DNA of 64,000 nucleotides from Gemmatimonadota bacterium (GTDB lineage Bacteria; Gemmatimonadota; Gemmatimonadetes; JACCXV01; JAHWKZ01): contig JAICQP010000001.1 in the NCBI GenBank assembly GCA_025937815.1, positions 3,891-67,890 of the forward strand. Reading direction: 5' to 3'. The position numbers and the translations under genes were made by a program. The notes below the pieces were generated by a model, which was not told where the DNA came from, ran no database searches, and saw only the letters and a list, made by a program, of their open reading frames with translations. Numbering within the stretch: position 1 is the first letter of the stretch; each line of letters opens with the position of its first letter. Positions 18,214 to 29,237 of the stretch are shown one piece after another.

Positions 18214-20459
18214 CGCTCGTCCTCCATGGTCTCCATGCGGTCAGAAATTGCATTCCGCCAGCGCCGTTCCAGCTCCTCGCGCGGACGCTCGCCCACGTCG
18301 CGGAAGCGAATCCGTCCGTCGCTCGTCACGCGCCCGGCCTCGCGCCACGGCACTGCCCCCGAGTCGAGGCGCTGCCTGGCGAGGTCCCGCCGCTCGGCGG
18401 GCACGACGAGCAGGTAGCGCGCTCCATCCTCGCCGAACATGGCCCCGTGCGGGCCGCCTTCGGCCTCCGGCAGCTCGATCTCGATTCCGCAGGCAGCCGG
18501 GAGCCCGAAGCACGTCTCGGCCGCGGTGACCGCCAGCCCGCCGTCCGACACGTCCTGGGCGGAGACCGCCACGCCCCCGCGGACGAGTTCGCGAACGATC
18601 TCGGCGTGCCGGCGTTCGGCATCCAGGTCGACCGCGGGCGCCCGGCCGGCGACGATCCCCAGCACCTCGGCCAGGAGCGATCCGGCCCCGAGGTGCGCGC
18701 CGTCGCGTCCGATCAGGATCAGCGAGTCTCCCGGCGAGCCACCACCCCTCGGCCGGGCCTCGACGTCCTCGAGGAGTCCCACCATCCCGATCGTCGGCGT
18801 CGGGTAGATGGCCCCCTTGGGGGACTCGTTGTAGAAGGAGACGTTCCCGCTGACGACGGGCGCGTCGAACGCCCGGCAGGCCTCCGCGATCCCGCGCACG
18901 GCTTCGGCGAACTGGAAATATACCGCGTCCTTCTCGGGATTGCCGAAGTTCAGGCAGTCGGTCACGCCGAGCGGCCGAGCTCCGACGGTGGCCAGGTTGC
19001 GGGCCGCCTCGGCGACGGCGAGCGCGCCGCCCCGCCGCGGGTCGCAGTAGACGTAGCGGCCGTTGCCGTCGGTCGAGACCCCGAGCGCGCCGGGCGTCCC
19101 CTTGATCGAGAGGAGCGCCGCACCGGCGGGGCCAGGCCCGAGGATCGTGTTCGTCTGGACGTGGTGGTCGTACTGCTCCCAGACCCAGCGCTTGCTCGCG
19201 ATCGTGGGCGCGGAGAGGAGCCCCTCAAGCGCGGCCAGCGGGTCGATCCTGGCGATCTCGTCGGGATCCGGCATGCTGCCGTGCACTTCCGCGAGATACG
19301 ACGGCTCTTGGACTTCCCGGACGTAGCGCGGCACCTCGTCCACGAGGGCCGCGACCGGGATCCGGCACACCTCCTCGCCGTCCTCCAGCACCCGCCACAG
19401 ATCGTCGTCCGTGACGATGCCGATGCGGGTGCACGGCAGGTCCCACTTCTCGGCGATCGCCATGAGCGCCGGCTCCTGGTCGGGCCGGGCGACCACGAGC
19501 ATGCGCTCCTGCGACTCCGAGAGCAGGACCTCGTACGGCGTCATGCCGGGCTCCCGCCGCGGCACGAGCGCGACGTCGATCTCGATGCCCGTCCCGGCGC
19601 GCGCGGCCATCTCGCTGCTCGAGGAGGTAAGCCCCGCGGCACCCATGTCCTGCACGCCGACCGCAGCGCCCGACTCGATCAGCTCGAGCGTCGCTTCCAG
19701 CAGGAGCTTCTCGGTGAACGGGTCGCCGATCTGGACGGTGGGGCGGCTCTCTACGGTATCGGCGGAGAGCTCGGTGGACGCCAGCTTGCTCGCGCCGTGG
19801 ATTCCGTCGCGGCCGGTCGAAGCCCCGAGCACGTAGACAGCGTTCCCCGGCCCCGCCGCGCTCGCCCGCATGAGGTCTTCGTGGCGGATCAGCCCCAGGC
19901 ACATCGCGTTCACGAGGGGATTGCCGGCGTACGCGTCGTCGAAGACGATCTCGCCCCCGACGGTCGGCACCCCCACGCAGTTCCCGTAGTCTCCTACGCC
20001 GCGAACGACGTGGCGGAAGAGATATCGGACGTGCGGGTCGTCGAGCGCGCCGAACCGCAGGCTGTCGAGCATGGCGATCGGGCGCGCGCCCATCGTGAAC
20101 ACGTCGCGGAGGATCCCGCCCACGCCAGTCGCCGCTCCCTGGTACGGCTCGACCGCGGACGGGTGGTTGTGGGACTCCATCTTGAATACGACCGCGAAGC
20201 CGTGGCCGACGTCGACGGCGCCCGCGTTCTCGCCAGGCCCCTGCACGACCTGGGGTCCGGTGGACGGAAACTCCGACAGCAGCGCGCGGCTGTACTTGTA
20301 GCCGCAGTGCTCGCTCCACATGAGGCTGAATACGCCGAGCTCGGTGAAGTTGGGCTCCCGGCCCAGGAGCTCGACGATGCGATCGTACTCGTCGGCCCGG
20401 ATCCCGTGGGCGGCGACGACGTCAGGGGTGACCGGCGTGTCGCGGAGGGCGACGGTCAC
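18210..20459 (-). CDS. purL: phosphoribosylformylglycinamidine synthase subunit PurL
   Basis: PurL pattern from [20 protein letters not shown]...; GTG start at 20457-20459 with GGAGG RBS; upstream 200 codons of six-frame ORF are overlap with purQ in another frame. Confidence 0.85.
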   Translation of the reverse strand: MTVALRDTPVTPDVVAAHGIRADEYDRIVELLGREPNFTELGVFSLMWSEHCGYKYSRALLSEFPSTGPQVVQGPGENAGAVDVGHGFAVVFKMESHNHPSAVEPYQGAATGVGGILRDVFTMGARPIAMLDSLRFGALDDPHVRYLFRHVVRGVGDYGNCVGVPTVGGEIVFDDAYAGNPLVNAMCLGLIRHEDLMRASAAGPGNAVYVLGASTGRDGIHGASKLASTELSADTVESRPTVQIGDPFTEKLLLEATLELIESGAAVGVQDMGAAGLTSSSSEMAARAGTGIEIDVALVPRREPGMTPYEVLLSESQERMLVVARPDQEPALMAIAEKWDLPCTRIGIVTDDDLWRVLEDGEEVCRIPVAALVDEVPRYVREVQEPSYLAEVHGSMPDPDEIARIDPLAALEGLLSAPTIASKRWVWEQYDHHVQTNTILGPGPAGAALLSIKGTPGALGVSTDGNGRYVYCDPRRGGALAVAEAARNLATVGARPLGVTDCLNFGNPEKDAVYFQFAEAVRGIAEACRAFDAPVVSGNVSFYNESPKGAIYPTPTIGMVGLLEDVEARPRGGGSPGDSLILIGRDGAHLGAGSLLAEVLGIVAGRAPAVDLDAERRHAEIVRELVRGGVAVSAQDVSDGGLAVTAAETCFGLPAACGIEIELPEAEGGPHGAMFGEDGARYLLVVPAERRDLARQRLDSGAVPWREAGRVTSDGRIRFRDVGERPREELERRWRNAISDRMETMEDER

Positions 20460-21154
20460 GCCGCCGCCTCCAGGAGCCCGCGGAAGACCTCGCGACCATC
20501 CTGCGAGCCGACCAGGAGGCTCATGGCCCGATCGGGATGGGGCATGAGCCCGACGACGTTGCCCCTCTCGTCCGCGATCCCGGCGATGTTCCGCGCGGAG
20601 CCGTTGGGGTTGGCGAGCGGAGTCGCCTCGCCGGCTTCGTCGACGTAGCGGAAGACGACTCGGCCCTCGCCCTCCAGGCGATCGAGCGTCTCGTCGTCGG
20701 CGACGTAGTTCCCCTCGCCATGAGCGACCGGGAAGCGGACGAGCTGCCGCGGCCGGAAATGGCGAGTGAACGGGGTGTCGGTGCTGTCGACCCGCAGCCA
20801 TTGCTCGCGGCAGACGAAGGAGAGGCCCGCGTTCCGCATCAGGGCGCCCGGCAGGAGCCCGGCCTCGGTCAGGATCTGGAAGCCGTTGCAGATCCCGAGC
20901 ACGGGACCGCCGGACCGGGCGAAGGCGATCACGCGATCCATGATCGGGCTGAAGCGCGCGATGGCCCCGGCGCGCAGGTAGTCGCCGTAGGCGAAGCCGC
21001 CGGCGAGCACGATCCCGCGGACGCCGCCCAGCGCGGTCTCTTTGTGCCAGAGCCACACCGGGCGCGCGCCGTCGATCGCGGCGACCGCGTCGAACACGTC
21101 CTGGTCGCAGTTCGTTCCGGGGAAGCGCACGATTCCGATCGGAACGCCGCTCAC
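20456..21154 (-). CDS. purQ: phosphoribosylformylglycinamidine synthase subunit PurQ (glutaminase)
   Basis: Class I GATase pattern ([13 protein letters not shown]..., [15 protein letters not shown]); GTG start overlapping purS stop. Confidence 0.85.
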   Translation of the reverse strand: MSGVPIGIVRFPGTNCDQDVFDAVAAIDGARPVWLWHKETALGGVRGIVLAGGFAYGDYLRAGAIARFSPIMDRVIAFARSGGPVLGICNGFQILTEAGLLPGALMRNAGLSFVCREQWLRVDSTDTPFTRHFRPRQLVRFPVAHGEGNYVADDETLDRLEGEGRVVFRYVDEAGEATPLANPNGSARNIAGIADERGNVVGLMPHPDRAMSLLVGSQDGREVFRGLLEAAA

Positions 21155-21408
21155 TCTCCGTCCTCCAGGAGCTTGTAGGTGAACCGCTCGATCACGGTGT
21201 TCGCGAGAAGCCGGCGGCACATCTCGTCGACCCTCCCGGCGATCTCCTCCCGGCACCCGCCCTCTACCGCGAACGTGATCCACTTGCCGACGCGCACGTT
21301 CTCGACTCCCGAGTATCCCAGGGCCTCCAGGGCGTGCTCGAGCGTCTTGCCCTGCGGGTCGAGCATGCCGTCCTTGAGCTGGACGAAGACTTCGACGCGG
21401 GCCGTCAT
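21151..21408 (-). CDS. purS: phosphoribosylformylglycinamidine synthase subunit PurS
   Basis: 85-aa [27 protein letters not shown]...; GGAGG RBS; ATGA overlap with purC. Confidence 0.8.
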   Translation of the reverse strand: MTARVEVFVQLKDGMLDPQGKTLEHALEALGYSGVENVRVGKWITFAVEGGCREEIAGRVDEMCRRLLANTVIERFTYKLLEDGE

Positions 21409-22337
21409 CCCGCCTCCGACAGGGTGCGCCCGACGATCCGGAAGTACGCCTCGCGGTAGCGCTCGGATGTCGCCTCGATCGCGCTCTCGGCCAGAGGCGG
21501 GAGAGGGGGCTCGCCGTTCCAGCGCCCGGCTTCGCGCTCGGCTTCCAGGAAGTCGCGCACCGGCTGCTTGTCGAACGACACCTGCGCTCCACCCGGTCTC
21601 CACTCTTCGGCGTCCCAGAAACGGGAGGAGTCGGGGGTCAGCACCTCGTCGATCAGGAGCAGCTCGTCGGCGGCTCCCCAGCCGAACTCGAACTTGGTGT
21701 CGGCGAGAATGAGGCCGCGCTCTCTCGCGTGCTCGCTCCCTTCCGCGTATATGGCCAGCGCCCGGTCACGGAGTCGCGCGGCCAGCTCGCGGCCTACCCG
21801 ATTCTCGAGCTCGGCGTAGGAGATGTTCACGTCGTGCCCTTCGCTCGACTTCGTGGCGGGCGTGAAGATCGGCTCCGGCAGCCGGTCGCCGCGCCTCAGT
21901 CCCGGCGGTAGCTCGATGCCGGTGACGGCTCCCGTCTCGCGGTATTCGCGCCAGCCCGAGCCCTCGAGGTAGCCGCGCACGACGCATTCGATCGGGATCA
22001 CGCGCGCCCGCACGCACAGCATCGCCCGGCCGTCGAGATCTCCCCGGTGGGGAGCGAGCGCGGGCGCCGCCGCGACGATCTCGTCGACGTCGGAGGAGAT
22101 CCGGTGATGGGGCACGGCCGCGTCGAGTCGATCCAGCCAGAAGTCGGACAGCCCGGTCAGCACGCGCCCCTTGTCGGGGATCCCCTCGCGAAAGACGATG
22201 TCGAACGCCGAGAGGCGATCGGTCGCCACGAGCAGGAGGTCGTCTCCGAGGGCGAACATCTCGCGGACCTTCCCGCGGCTGACGTGGGGAAGGGGCAGCG
22301 CCAAATCTGTGATCGCGCGGGTCGAGCTCGTCGTCAT
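21405..22337 (-). CDS. purC: phosphoribosylaminoimidazole-succinocarboxamide synthase
   Basis: SAICAR synthetase pattern (RGKVREMF..., LVATDRLSAFD, ADTKFEFG); start at internal ATG (MTTSSTRAIT) preferred over 22361. Confidence 0.8.
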   Translation of the reverse strand: MTTSSTRAITDLALPLPHVSRGKVREMFALGDDLLLVATDRLSAFDIVFREGIPDKGRVLTGLSDFWLDRLDAAVPHHRISSDVDEIVAAAPALAPHRGDLDGRAMLCVRARVIPIECVVRGYLEGSGWREYRETGAVTGIELPPGLRRGDRLPEPIFTPATKSSEGHDVNISYAELENRVGRELAARLRDRALAIYAEGSEHARERGLILADTKFEFGWGAADELLLIDEVLTPDSSRFWDAEEWRPGGAQVSFDKQPVRDFLEAEREAGRWNGEPPLPPLAESAIEATSERYREAYFRIVGRTLSEAG

Positions 22338-22368
22338 AGGCTCCTCGTTGTGCGGGAACACGGTTTCC

Positions 22369-23796
22369 TCAGCGGATGTCTACGCGGCCCATCTGGCCGT
22401 CGCGCTCCACGAACAGGGTGCCGCGCTGCCCCGAGCGCAGGAAGTCGATGAGCGTCTGGGCGTCGTCGGCTCCGTCGAGCCGCGTCGATCCGAGCGACAC
22501 CAGGACGTCGCCTTCCCTAAGGCCAAGGCGCCGGAAGCCCGAATCGGCGTCCACGGCCTCGAGGTACAGGCCGGTCTGCGACGTGATTCCGAGATGGGAG
22601 GCCAGCGTCGGCGTCAGCAGCACCATGCTGGCGCCGAACGGCGTTTCGATGCGGGCCGCCCGGCGAAGCGGATCGTCCTCGGGGGTCAGCGTGCGCTCGA
22701 ACCGATCGCCTTCACGCTCGAGAACCAAGGTCAGGTCCGTCCCGCTCGGCAGATCGAGCAGCCTGCCTTCCCACTCGATGGGCGATTGCACGCCACGGCC
22801 CCCCGCCTCGATGATCACGTCCCCCGGCTGAATCCCCGCGCGCTCACCCGGACTTCCCGGGTCGACTCCGACCACCCGGGCGCCGGCGGGGACGCGGCCG
22901 TCGTCGCTGGGGAGCGGGGCCAGGTGCAGGCCCAGCCACGGCCGCCGAATCGTTCCGTACTGGACGATGTCCTGCAGCACGCGCCGCGCGCGGTTGATCG
23001 GGATGGCGAAGCCGAGACCGATCGAGCCACCGCCGCCGCCGGAGAAGATGAACGCGTTGACGCCGATCACCTCGCCTGCCGCGTTGACGAGCGGGCCTCC
23101 GGAATTGCCGGGGTTGATGGCGGCGTCGGTCTGGATCATCCCCGACCACACCTGGGTGCGGCCTTCGCCCGGCTCTGGGCGCACGTCCCGCCCGATCGCG
23201 CTGATGACGCCCACGGTGACGGAGGGGTTCCGATCGGCCAGCAGGTAGCCGAACGGGTTGCCGATCGCGATCGCCCATTCGCCGATCAGGATGTCGTCCG
23301 AGTTGCCCAGCGGCGCCGTGGGGAGGTCCGTGGCCTCGACCTTGAGCACGGCGAGATCCGTCACCTCGTCGGCCTGGACCAGCTCGGCCGGAAGCTGGCG
23401 GCCGTCCATGAGCGTGACGACGATCTCGGTGGCGCCGGCCACGACGTGCTGGTTCGTGAGGATATAGCCGTCCGGAGACACGATGAAGCCCGAGCCCAGA
23501 CCCTGGACATGCCGCAGCCGCTCGCGCGGGGGGAACAGACCGCGGAAGAACGGGTCCATGAAGGGGTCGTCGAAGAACGACCGCTCGCGCACGACCTGTG
23601 TGGCGACGACGTTGACCGACACGACCGCCGGCCCGATCTCCTGCGCCGCGGTCACGATCGCGTTCCTGCGCGAGATGTCGATCGACTCCGACGTGCCCTG
23701 CGCGATCGCGGCGGAGAGCGCGGCGGTGGGCACGGGCGGCCGGGCGACGGCCCACCACGCCGCCCCGACTCCCAACGCCGCCGCCACCGCGGCCAC
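22369..23796 (-). CDS. degP: Do/DegP/HtrA-family serine endoprotease with two PDZ domains
   Basis: Trypsin-like HD...GNSGGPL triad context plus two C-terminal PDZ-like regions; N-terminal TM anchor. ATG at 23913 would overlap truA by ~95 nt, so GTG at 23794-23796 is preferred. Confidence 0.75.
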   Translation of the reverse strand: MAAVAAALGVGAAWWAVARPPVPTAALSAAIAQGTSESIDISRRNAIVTAAQEIGPAVVSVNVVATQVVRERSFFDDPFMDPFFRGLFPPRERLRHVQGLGSGFIVSPDGYILTNQHVVAGATEIVVTLMDGRQLPAELVQADEVTDLAVLKVEATDLPTAPLGNSDDILIGEWAIAIGNPFGYLLADRNPSVTVGVISAIGRDVRPEPGEGRTQVWSGMIQTDAAINPGNSGGPLVNAAGEVIGVNAFIFSGGGGGSIGLGFAIPINRARRVLQDIVQYGTIRRPWLGLHLAPLPSDDGRVPAGARVVGVDPGSPGERAGIQPGDVIIEAGGRGVQSPIEWEGRLLDLPSGTDLTLVLEREGDRFERTLTPEDDPLRRAARIETPFGASMVLLTPTLASHLGITSQTGLYLEAVDADSGFRRLGLREGDVLVSLGSTRLDGADDAQTLIDFLRSGQRGTLFVERDGQMGRVDIR

Positions 23797-23818
23797 GATC
23801 AGGATGTCCTTGCGGATC

Positions 23819-24574
23819 CTAATACTCGACCTCCCAGAGAAAGAGACCCTGGGCCGGAGCGTAGGTCGCTCGCGGCCGTGCCCCACCGGGCGTGAGCGCG
23901 GCGCGGACCTCATCGACGTCGATCCGGCCCAGCCCGACCGCCACTACCGACCCCACGAGGGCCCGAACCATGTGCCGCAGGAACCGGTCGGCTGTGATCT
24001 CCAGCGCGCGCCCGTGTCGCGAGCGGAGCCAGCGCGCCGCGCGGACCGCGCACCGGCCCGGCTCCCGTCCGACGGCCGTCCGGTGATCGCCCGATCCCTT
24101 GGCGAAGCGCCGAAAGTCGTGCTCCCCGATAAGGGCCTCGGTGGCGCGGGTCATCGCGTCCCAGTCGAGCGGCCGCCGTATCGGCCACGAGTACCGCCGC
24201 ACGAACGGGGATTCCGCCATCCCGCCGAGTGCCAGCTGATAGCGGTACGTCCGGGCGACGGCATCGTGGCGAGCGTGGAAGTCCGGCCGGGCGCGCGCCA
24301 GCCGCGCCACCCAGATCGCGTTCGGCAGGTGCGCGTTCCACGCGCGCCTGAGGTCTCGCGCGGACATGCCGCCGCCGTGATCGAAGTGGACGACCTGACC
24401 CCGGGCATGGACGCCCGTGTCGGTGCGGCCGGCCGCGACCACGGCGGTCTTCCCGACGATCCGCTCCAGGGCCTCCTCGCACGCCGCCTGGACCGTGCTC
24501 GCGTCCGCCTGGCGCTGCCAGCCGCGAAAGGAGGTACCATCGTACTGGAGGACGGCCCGGGCGCGCACACGCAT
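23819..24574 (-). CDS. truA: tRNA pseudouridine(38-40) synthase
   Basis: TruA pattern (YDGTSFRGWQRQ..., AAGRTDTGVHA, RFLRHMVR). Confidence 0.85.
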   Translation of the reverse strand: MRVRARAVLQYDGTSFRGWQRQADASTVQAACEEALERIVGKTAVVAAGRTDTGVHARGQVVHFDHGGGMSARDLRRAWNAHLPNAIWVARLARARPDFHARHDAVARTYRYQLALGGMAESPFVRRYSWPIRRPLDWDAMTRATEALIGEHDFRRFAKGSGDHRTAVGREPGRCAVRAARWLRSRHGRALEITADRFLRHMVRALVGSVVAVGLGRIDVDEVRAALTPGGARPRATYAPAQGLFLWEVEY

Positions 24575-24760
24575 GCAATCTCGCGGGGAATCGGTCCGCG
24601 GTCACGTTTGCTGGACCGCGCACCCACCGGCTACGTTGGCCGGCCGTCCGATGGAGCCCATCGCCCTTCACACCTTGCTCGTGTACCCCACGGCGATCAG
24701 CCGGTTCGGACCCGCTGCAGGGTTCGATCGGCTCGCGTGGCGCCAGCGGGTGGCCCGCCC

Positions 24761-25816
24761 GTGAAGCGGGATGCAGGGATCGGCGCGGGCGACCCGCCGG
24801 CGAGCCTCCGGGCGATCGTCGCGGGCGTCGACCTCCGCGCCGCGGAGTCCGAGGCGCTGTTCGCGCGGATCATGGACGGGGACGTCCCGCCGTCCATGGT
24901 GGGCGCGCTTCTCGCCGCTCTGGCGACCAAAGGCGAGACGTCCGCGGAGATCGCGGGAGCCGCGCGGGTCATGCGGGCGCGGGTGACGCGCGTGCCCACG
25001 ATCCGGGAGCCCCTCGTCGACACCTGCGGGACCGGCGGCGACCACTCCGGGAGCTTCAACGTGTCCACCGGCGCCGCGCTCGTGGTGGCCGCGGCGGGCG
25101 TCCCGGTGGCCAAGCACGGCAACCGCGCGGCATCCTCCCGCTGCGGATCGGCCGACGTGCTCGAGGCCCTCGGCGTGGCGATCGATCTCGATCCGGCGAG
25201 CGTGGGGCGCTCGATCGACGAGCTCGGTATCGGGTTCCTGTACGCGCCCCGCTTCCATCCGGCCATGCGACATGCCGCCCAGGCGCGTCGCGAGATCGGG
25301 ATCCGGACGATCTTCAACCTGCTCGGTCCGCTCACGAATCCGGCCGGAGCGCGGCGGCAGCTGATCGGGGTCCCGGCCGCCGACGCGGTAGGACGGATCG
25401 CGGGCGTGCTTCGCGAGCTCGGCGCCGAAGCGGCCGTCGTCGTGCACGGCATGGAGGGTCTGGACGAGATCTCCGTGTGCGGACCGACGCGGATCGCGTA
25501 CGTCGACGGTGGAGAGTTGGAGGAGTCGGTGATCGAACCCGCCGACCTCGGCTTGCCGACGTTCGAGATCCACGAGATGGCGGGCGGCGACGCGGCCGAG
25601 AACGCGGCCATCCTCCGCGGCGTGCTCGAGGGGCGGGGAAGCGACGCCCAGCGGGCGGTGGTCGCGGCCAACGCGGGCGCCGGGATCTGGATCGGCGGAG
25701 GGGCGGTGACCCTGCGCGCCGGAGTCGACCAGGCGCGTGAGACGATCGCGTCCGGGCGGGCGGCGGAGCTCCTGGACCGCCTCGTGGACCTGACCGCGCG
25801 GCTCGCGAGGGGTTAG
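24761..25816 (+). CDS. trpD: anthranilate phosphoribosyltransferase
   Basis: TrpD pattern (DTCGTGGDHSGSFNVSTGAA, KHGNRA); GTG start 24761; the long upstream six-frame ORF is antisense shadow of truA/htrA. Confidence 0.85.
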   Translation: MKRDAGIGAGDPPASLRAIVAGVDLRAAESEALFARIMDGDVPPSMVGALLAALATKGETSAEIAGAARVMRARVTRVPTIREPLVDTCGTGGDHSGSFNVSTGAALVVAAAGVPVAKHGNRAASSRCGSADVLEALGVAIDLDPASVGRSIDELGIGFLYAPRFHPAMRHAAQARREIGIRTIFNLLGPLTNPAGARRQLIGVPAADAVGRIAGVLRELGAEAAVVVHGMEGLDEISVCGPTRIAYVDGGELEESVIEPADLGLPTFEIHEMAGGDAAENAAILRGVLEGRGSDAQRAVVAANAGAGIWIGGGAVTLRAGVDQARETIASGRAAELLDRLVDLTARLARG

Positions 25817-26427
25817 CGGTACTTCCGCAGGACCCCGATCGCGACGCCCTGAATCCGGACCCGTGCGGCGTCGTAGTAGAGCGGCGTCAACCGCTCGTTG
25901 GCGGGCTGCAGCCGGATGCGGCCATCAGGCTCGCGGAAGAACGTCTTCAGGGTCGCGTTCTCGCCGTCGATGAGCGCGACCACCCGCTCGCCGCTACGCG
26001 CCGTGTCGCGGCGCTCGACGATCACGTAGTCGCCGTCCTCGATGTGCTCGTCGATCATCGAGTCGCCGGCCACCCGCAGGACGAACGTCTCGCCGCGGCC
26101 CAGCATCGATTCCGGAACCGCGATCGCCTCGTCATCGGTGATAGCCTCGAGCGGCTGCCCGGCCGCCACGCGGCCGAGGAGGGGGAGGAGAACCGCGGAC
26201 TCGCGCGAGCGGCCGCTCCCGTCGGTCAGCTCGATCGCCCGGCTCCGGTGGGGATCGCGCCGGAGCGCTCCCTTCTCGGCCAGGTTCTCGAGATGCTCGT
26301 GCACGGTCGCCACCGAGCTGAGCCCGAAGCGGGCCGCGATCTCCTCGAGGCTCGGCGCATAGCCGTTGTCTTCGATGAATTCGGCGAGGTAGTCGTAGAT
26401 TTCGCGCTGTCGCCTGGTTAGCTTCAT
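25813..26427 (-). CDS. lexA: LexA repressor (S24 peptidase)
   Basis: 204 aa; N-terminal HTH (LTRRQREIYDYL...), Ala-Gly cleavage-site region (VAAGQP), Ser/Lys dyad pattern (GDSM...KTF). Confidence 0.85.
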   Translation of the reverse strand: MKLTRRQREIYDYLAEFIEDNGYAPSLEEIAARFGLSSVATVHEHLENLAEKGALRRDPHRSRAIELTDGSGRSRESAVLLPLLGRVAAGQPLEAITDDEAIAVPESMLGRGETFVLRVAGDSMIDEHIEDGDYVIVERRDTARSGERVVALIDGENATLKTFFREPDGRIRLQPANERLTPLYYDAARVRIQGVAIGVLRKYR

Positions 26428-26457
26428 CTCTCCGCTCTCCTCGTGGACTAGCTCGGC

Positions 26458-27339
26458 GTGCGCCGGCCGCACGCGGCGCCATCCGGTGGACGTCCAACAT
26501 TGACCGAACAAAGGCCGAAAGTCAACCCCCCCTCGGGTTTCCTCGCGGGCGCTCTGGCGCGAAAGCGGGCCGAGGTGGATCTCGCCCGGCGTAGACGGCC
26601 ACGCGCGGAGCTCGAGCGGCTCGTCGCCGCCCGACCCGCGGTCCGGTCGCTCGCGGACGCCCTCCGGGGAGAAGGCGCGTCGGTGATCGCCGAGGTGAAG
26701 CGGGGGAGCCCGAGCGCGGGAGTCCTCGACGCCGGCATCGATGCGCCGGCGCGCGCCCGCCTCTTCGAAGAGCGGGGAGCCGCGGCGGTCAGCGTCCTCA
26801 CCGACGCGGAGTTCGACGGCCGGCTCGCGGATCTCGAGGCGGTCGCCGCGGCCGTGTCGGTTCCCGTGGTCCGCAAGGACTTCCTCGTCGACCCGTGGCA
26901 GGTCTGGGAGAGTCGCGCCGCGGGGGCGGACGCGGCCCTCGTGATCGTCGCCGCGCTCGGCCCGCGGGAACTCGGAGCTCTGGTGGCGGAGAGCGCGGCC
27001 GCGCGTCTCGGCCTTCTGTTCGAGATCCACGACAGGGCGGAGGCCGGGGCGGCGATCGACGCCGGCGCCTCCGTCATCGGCGTCAACGCGCGCGACCTGT
27101 CGTCCCTCGAGGTCGACCTGGACTCGGCTCTATCCACGGTCGCATGGCTGCGCCGCGAGGTCCCCGATGCGGTGATCGTCGCCGAGAGCGGCGTCGGGGG
27201 CGAGGAGGGAGTTCGGCGCGCACGCGACGCCGGGGCCGACGCGGTCCTGGTCGGGGAGCACCTCTCGCGCGCGGTGGATCCGGGGAGCGCGCTGGAACGG
27301 CTGGTGGCCGCCGGCAGGCGCGCGGTCGGCTCCGCGTGA
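26458..27339 (+). CDS. trpC: indole-3-glycerol phosphate synthase
   Basis: IGPS pattern (SVIAEVKRGSPSAG, VLTD, NARDL); GTG 26458 or in-frame TTG 26503 as start. Confidence 0.8.
   Translation: MRRPHAAPSGGRPTLTEQRPKVNPPSGFLAGALARKRAEVDLARRRRPRAELERLVAARPAVRSLADALRGEGASVIAEVKRGSPSAGVLDAGIDAPARARLFEERGAAAVSVLTDAEFDGRLADLEAVAAAVSVPVVRKDFLVDPWQVWESRAAGADAALVIVAALGPRELGALVAESAAARLGLLFEIHDRAEAGAAIDAGASVIGVNARDLSSLEVDLDSALSTVAWLRREVPDAVIVAESGVGGEEGVRRARDAGADAVLVGEHLSRAVDPGSALERLVAAGRRAVGSA
26495..26509 (+). promoter_or_regulatory. candidate LexA operator (GTTC-N7-GTTG on minus strand)
   Basis: Minus-strand GTTCGGTCAATGTTG ~70 nt upstream of lexA start, resembling GTTC-N7-GTTC direct-repeat SOS boxes. 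Confidence 0.35.
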
Positions 27340-27387
27340 CCGCGCGGGGACGCGGCGGAAGTCCCGAAAGCTAGTACTTTTCTCCAC

Positions 27388-28041
27388 GTGTCCTTCTCCT
27401 TCCGGATCAAGATCTGCGGCATCACTTCGGAGGAGGCGGCGCGCACGGCCTTCGAAGCAGGTGTCGATCACCTGGGGCTGGTCTTCTGCCCGTCGCCGCG
27501 ACGCGTCTCCGAAGAGCGCGCGTCCGCGCTGACGCATGCCGTGCCGGCCGCCTGGGTCGGCGTGTTCGCGCACCAATCTCCGCGGGAGGTGGCCCGGACG
27601 GCGCGCGCGCTCGACCTGGCCGCGATCCAGCTCCACGGGAGGGAATCGCCGGCGGAGTGCCGCGCGGTTCGGGAGCTGGCTGGGATCCCGGTGTGGAAGG
27701 CCATTTTCGCCGAGGAAGAAGCGGAGGAAGCCGGCTACGAGGCCGCCGTCGACGCCCTCCTCCTCGACGCGGGCGAGGGCGGCTCCGGACGGGCGCTCGA
27801 CTGGGCGGCCGTCGGAGAGCGCTTCCCCGCATCGCGGCGGATCGTGCCGCTCCTGCTGGCGGGAGGGCTGAGCCCGGACAACGTGGCGCGGGCGATCGAA
27901 GCGGCGCGGCCCGACGGCGTCGATGCGAGCAGCCGGCTCGAGACGAGCCCGGGCGTGAAGGACCCGCGGCTCGTGACGGAGTTCGTGCGGCGCGCCAGGA
28001 ACGCCCGCCGGGCGCAGGTCGCCGGGTCGGCGGCGCCATGA
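27388..28041 (+). CDS. trpF: phosphoribosylanthranilate isomerase
   Basis: IKICGIT N-terminus and TrpF barrel pattern; ATGA overlap with trpB. Confidence 0.8.
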   Translation: MSFSFRIKICGITSEEAARTAFEAGVDHLGLVFCPSPRRVSEERASALTHAVPAAWVGVFAHQSPREVARTARALDLAAIQLHGRESPAECRAVRELAGIPVWKAIFAEEEAEEAGYEAAVDALLLDAGEGGSGRALDWAAVGERFPASRRIVPLLLAGGLSPDNVARAIEAARPDGVDASSRLETSPGVKDPRLVTEFVRRARNARRAQVAGSAAP

Positions 28042-29237
28042 GCGCGATGGCCCCGGCGAGCGGGCGACCGGGGTACTTCGGCGCGTTCGGCGGCCGCTAC
28101 GTGCCCGAGACCCTCGTGTTCGCGCTGGACGAGCTGGAGCGCGCGTGGGCCGCGGCCTGGTCCGATCCGGAGTTTCACGCCGAGCTCGACGCGCTCCTCG
28201 CCGATTACGTCGGCCGGCCGTCCCCGCTGACCCACGCTCCCCGGCTCTCGGCCGAAGCGGGAGTCGACATCTGGCTCAAGCGCGAAGACCTCAACCACAC
28301 CGGGGCGCACAAGATCAACAACACGCTGGGACAGGTCCTGCTCGCCCTGCGGATGGGGAAGCGGCGGATCATCGCCGAGACGGGCGCCGGCCAGCACGGC
28401 GTGGCGACGGCGACGGCGTGCGCGCGCTTCGGGCTGGAGTGCGTGGTCTTCATGGGAACGGAGGACACGCGGAGGCAGGCGCTCAACGTGTACCGGATGC
28501 GGCTGCTGGGAGCGGAGGTGGTGGAGGTCGACTCCGGGACCCGCACGCTCAAGGACGCCACCAACGAGGCGATCCGGGACTGGGTCACTCGTGTCGAGAC
28601 GACCCACTACGTGATCGGCTCGGTCGTGGGACCCCACCCGTACCCGACCATCGTCCGCGAGCTGCAGTCGGTGATCGGCCGGGAGGCGCGCGCGCAGTCG
28701 CTCGAGCGGTGGAACGATCTTCCCGACGCCGCGATCGCGTGCGTCGGCGGAGGCTCGAACGCGATCGGTCTGTTCCATTCCTTTCTCGACGATCCCGTCG
28801 AGCTGTACGGGGTCGAGGCGGCGGGCGAGGGGCTCGATCGCCGGCATGCGGCGACGCTCTCCCGGGGCCGGCCCGGGGTCCTGCACGGCGCTCGGAGCTA
28901 TCTGCTCCAGGACGAGCACGGCCAGGTGAGGGGAGCGCACTCGATCGCGGCGGGCCTGGATTATCCCGGTGTGGGTCCCGAGCACTCGGCGCTCAAGGAC
29001 AGCGGCCGCGTGACCTATCTGGCCGTGGACGACGCCGAAGCGCTCGACGCGTTCCATCGCACGAGCGAGCTCGAGGGGATCATCCCCGCGGTGGAGAGCG
29101 CGCATGCGATCGCCGCGCTCCTGCGCCGCCCCCCGCTCCTTCCCGAGGGTGCCCGGACGATCGTCTGCCTGTCCGGACGAGGAGACAAGGACGTGCAATC
29201 CGTCGCCGCGCTGGAAGGCGCTTCCGAAGCACGGTGA
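28038..29237 (+). CDS. trpB: tryptophan synthase beta chain
   Basis: PLP-enzyme pattern [23 protein letters not shown]; ATG 28038. Confidence 0.9.
   Translation: MSAMAPASGRPGYFGAFGGRYVPETLVFALDELERAWAAAWSDPEFHAELDALLADYVGRPSPLTHAPRLSAEAGVDIWLKREDLNHTGAHKINNTLGQVLLALRMGKRRIIAETGAGQHGVATATACARFGLECVVFMGTEDTRRQALNVYRMRLLGAEVVEVDSGTRTLKDATNEAIRDWVTRVETTHYVIGSVVGPHPYPTIVRELQSVIGREARAQSLERWNDLPDAAIACVGGGSNAIGLFHSFLDDPVELYGVEAAGEGLDRRHAATLSRGRPGVLHGARSYLLQDEHGQVRGAHSIAAGLDYPGVGPEHSALKDSGRVTYLAVDDAEALDAFHRTSELEGIIPAVESAHAIAALLRRPPLLPEGARTIVCLSGRGDKDVQSVAALEGASEAR

Noticed and set aside
18447-20648. 733-aa plus-strand ORF inside purL/purQ region
   Set aside because: Antisense to purL with no motifs; purL identity on the minus strand is unambiguous.
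22171-23895. 574-aa plus-strand ORF opposite htrA, and 23483-24760 portion of the 777-aa ORF upstream of trpD
   Set aside because: Antisense shadows of htrA/truA; trpD homology begins only at the GTG at 24761.
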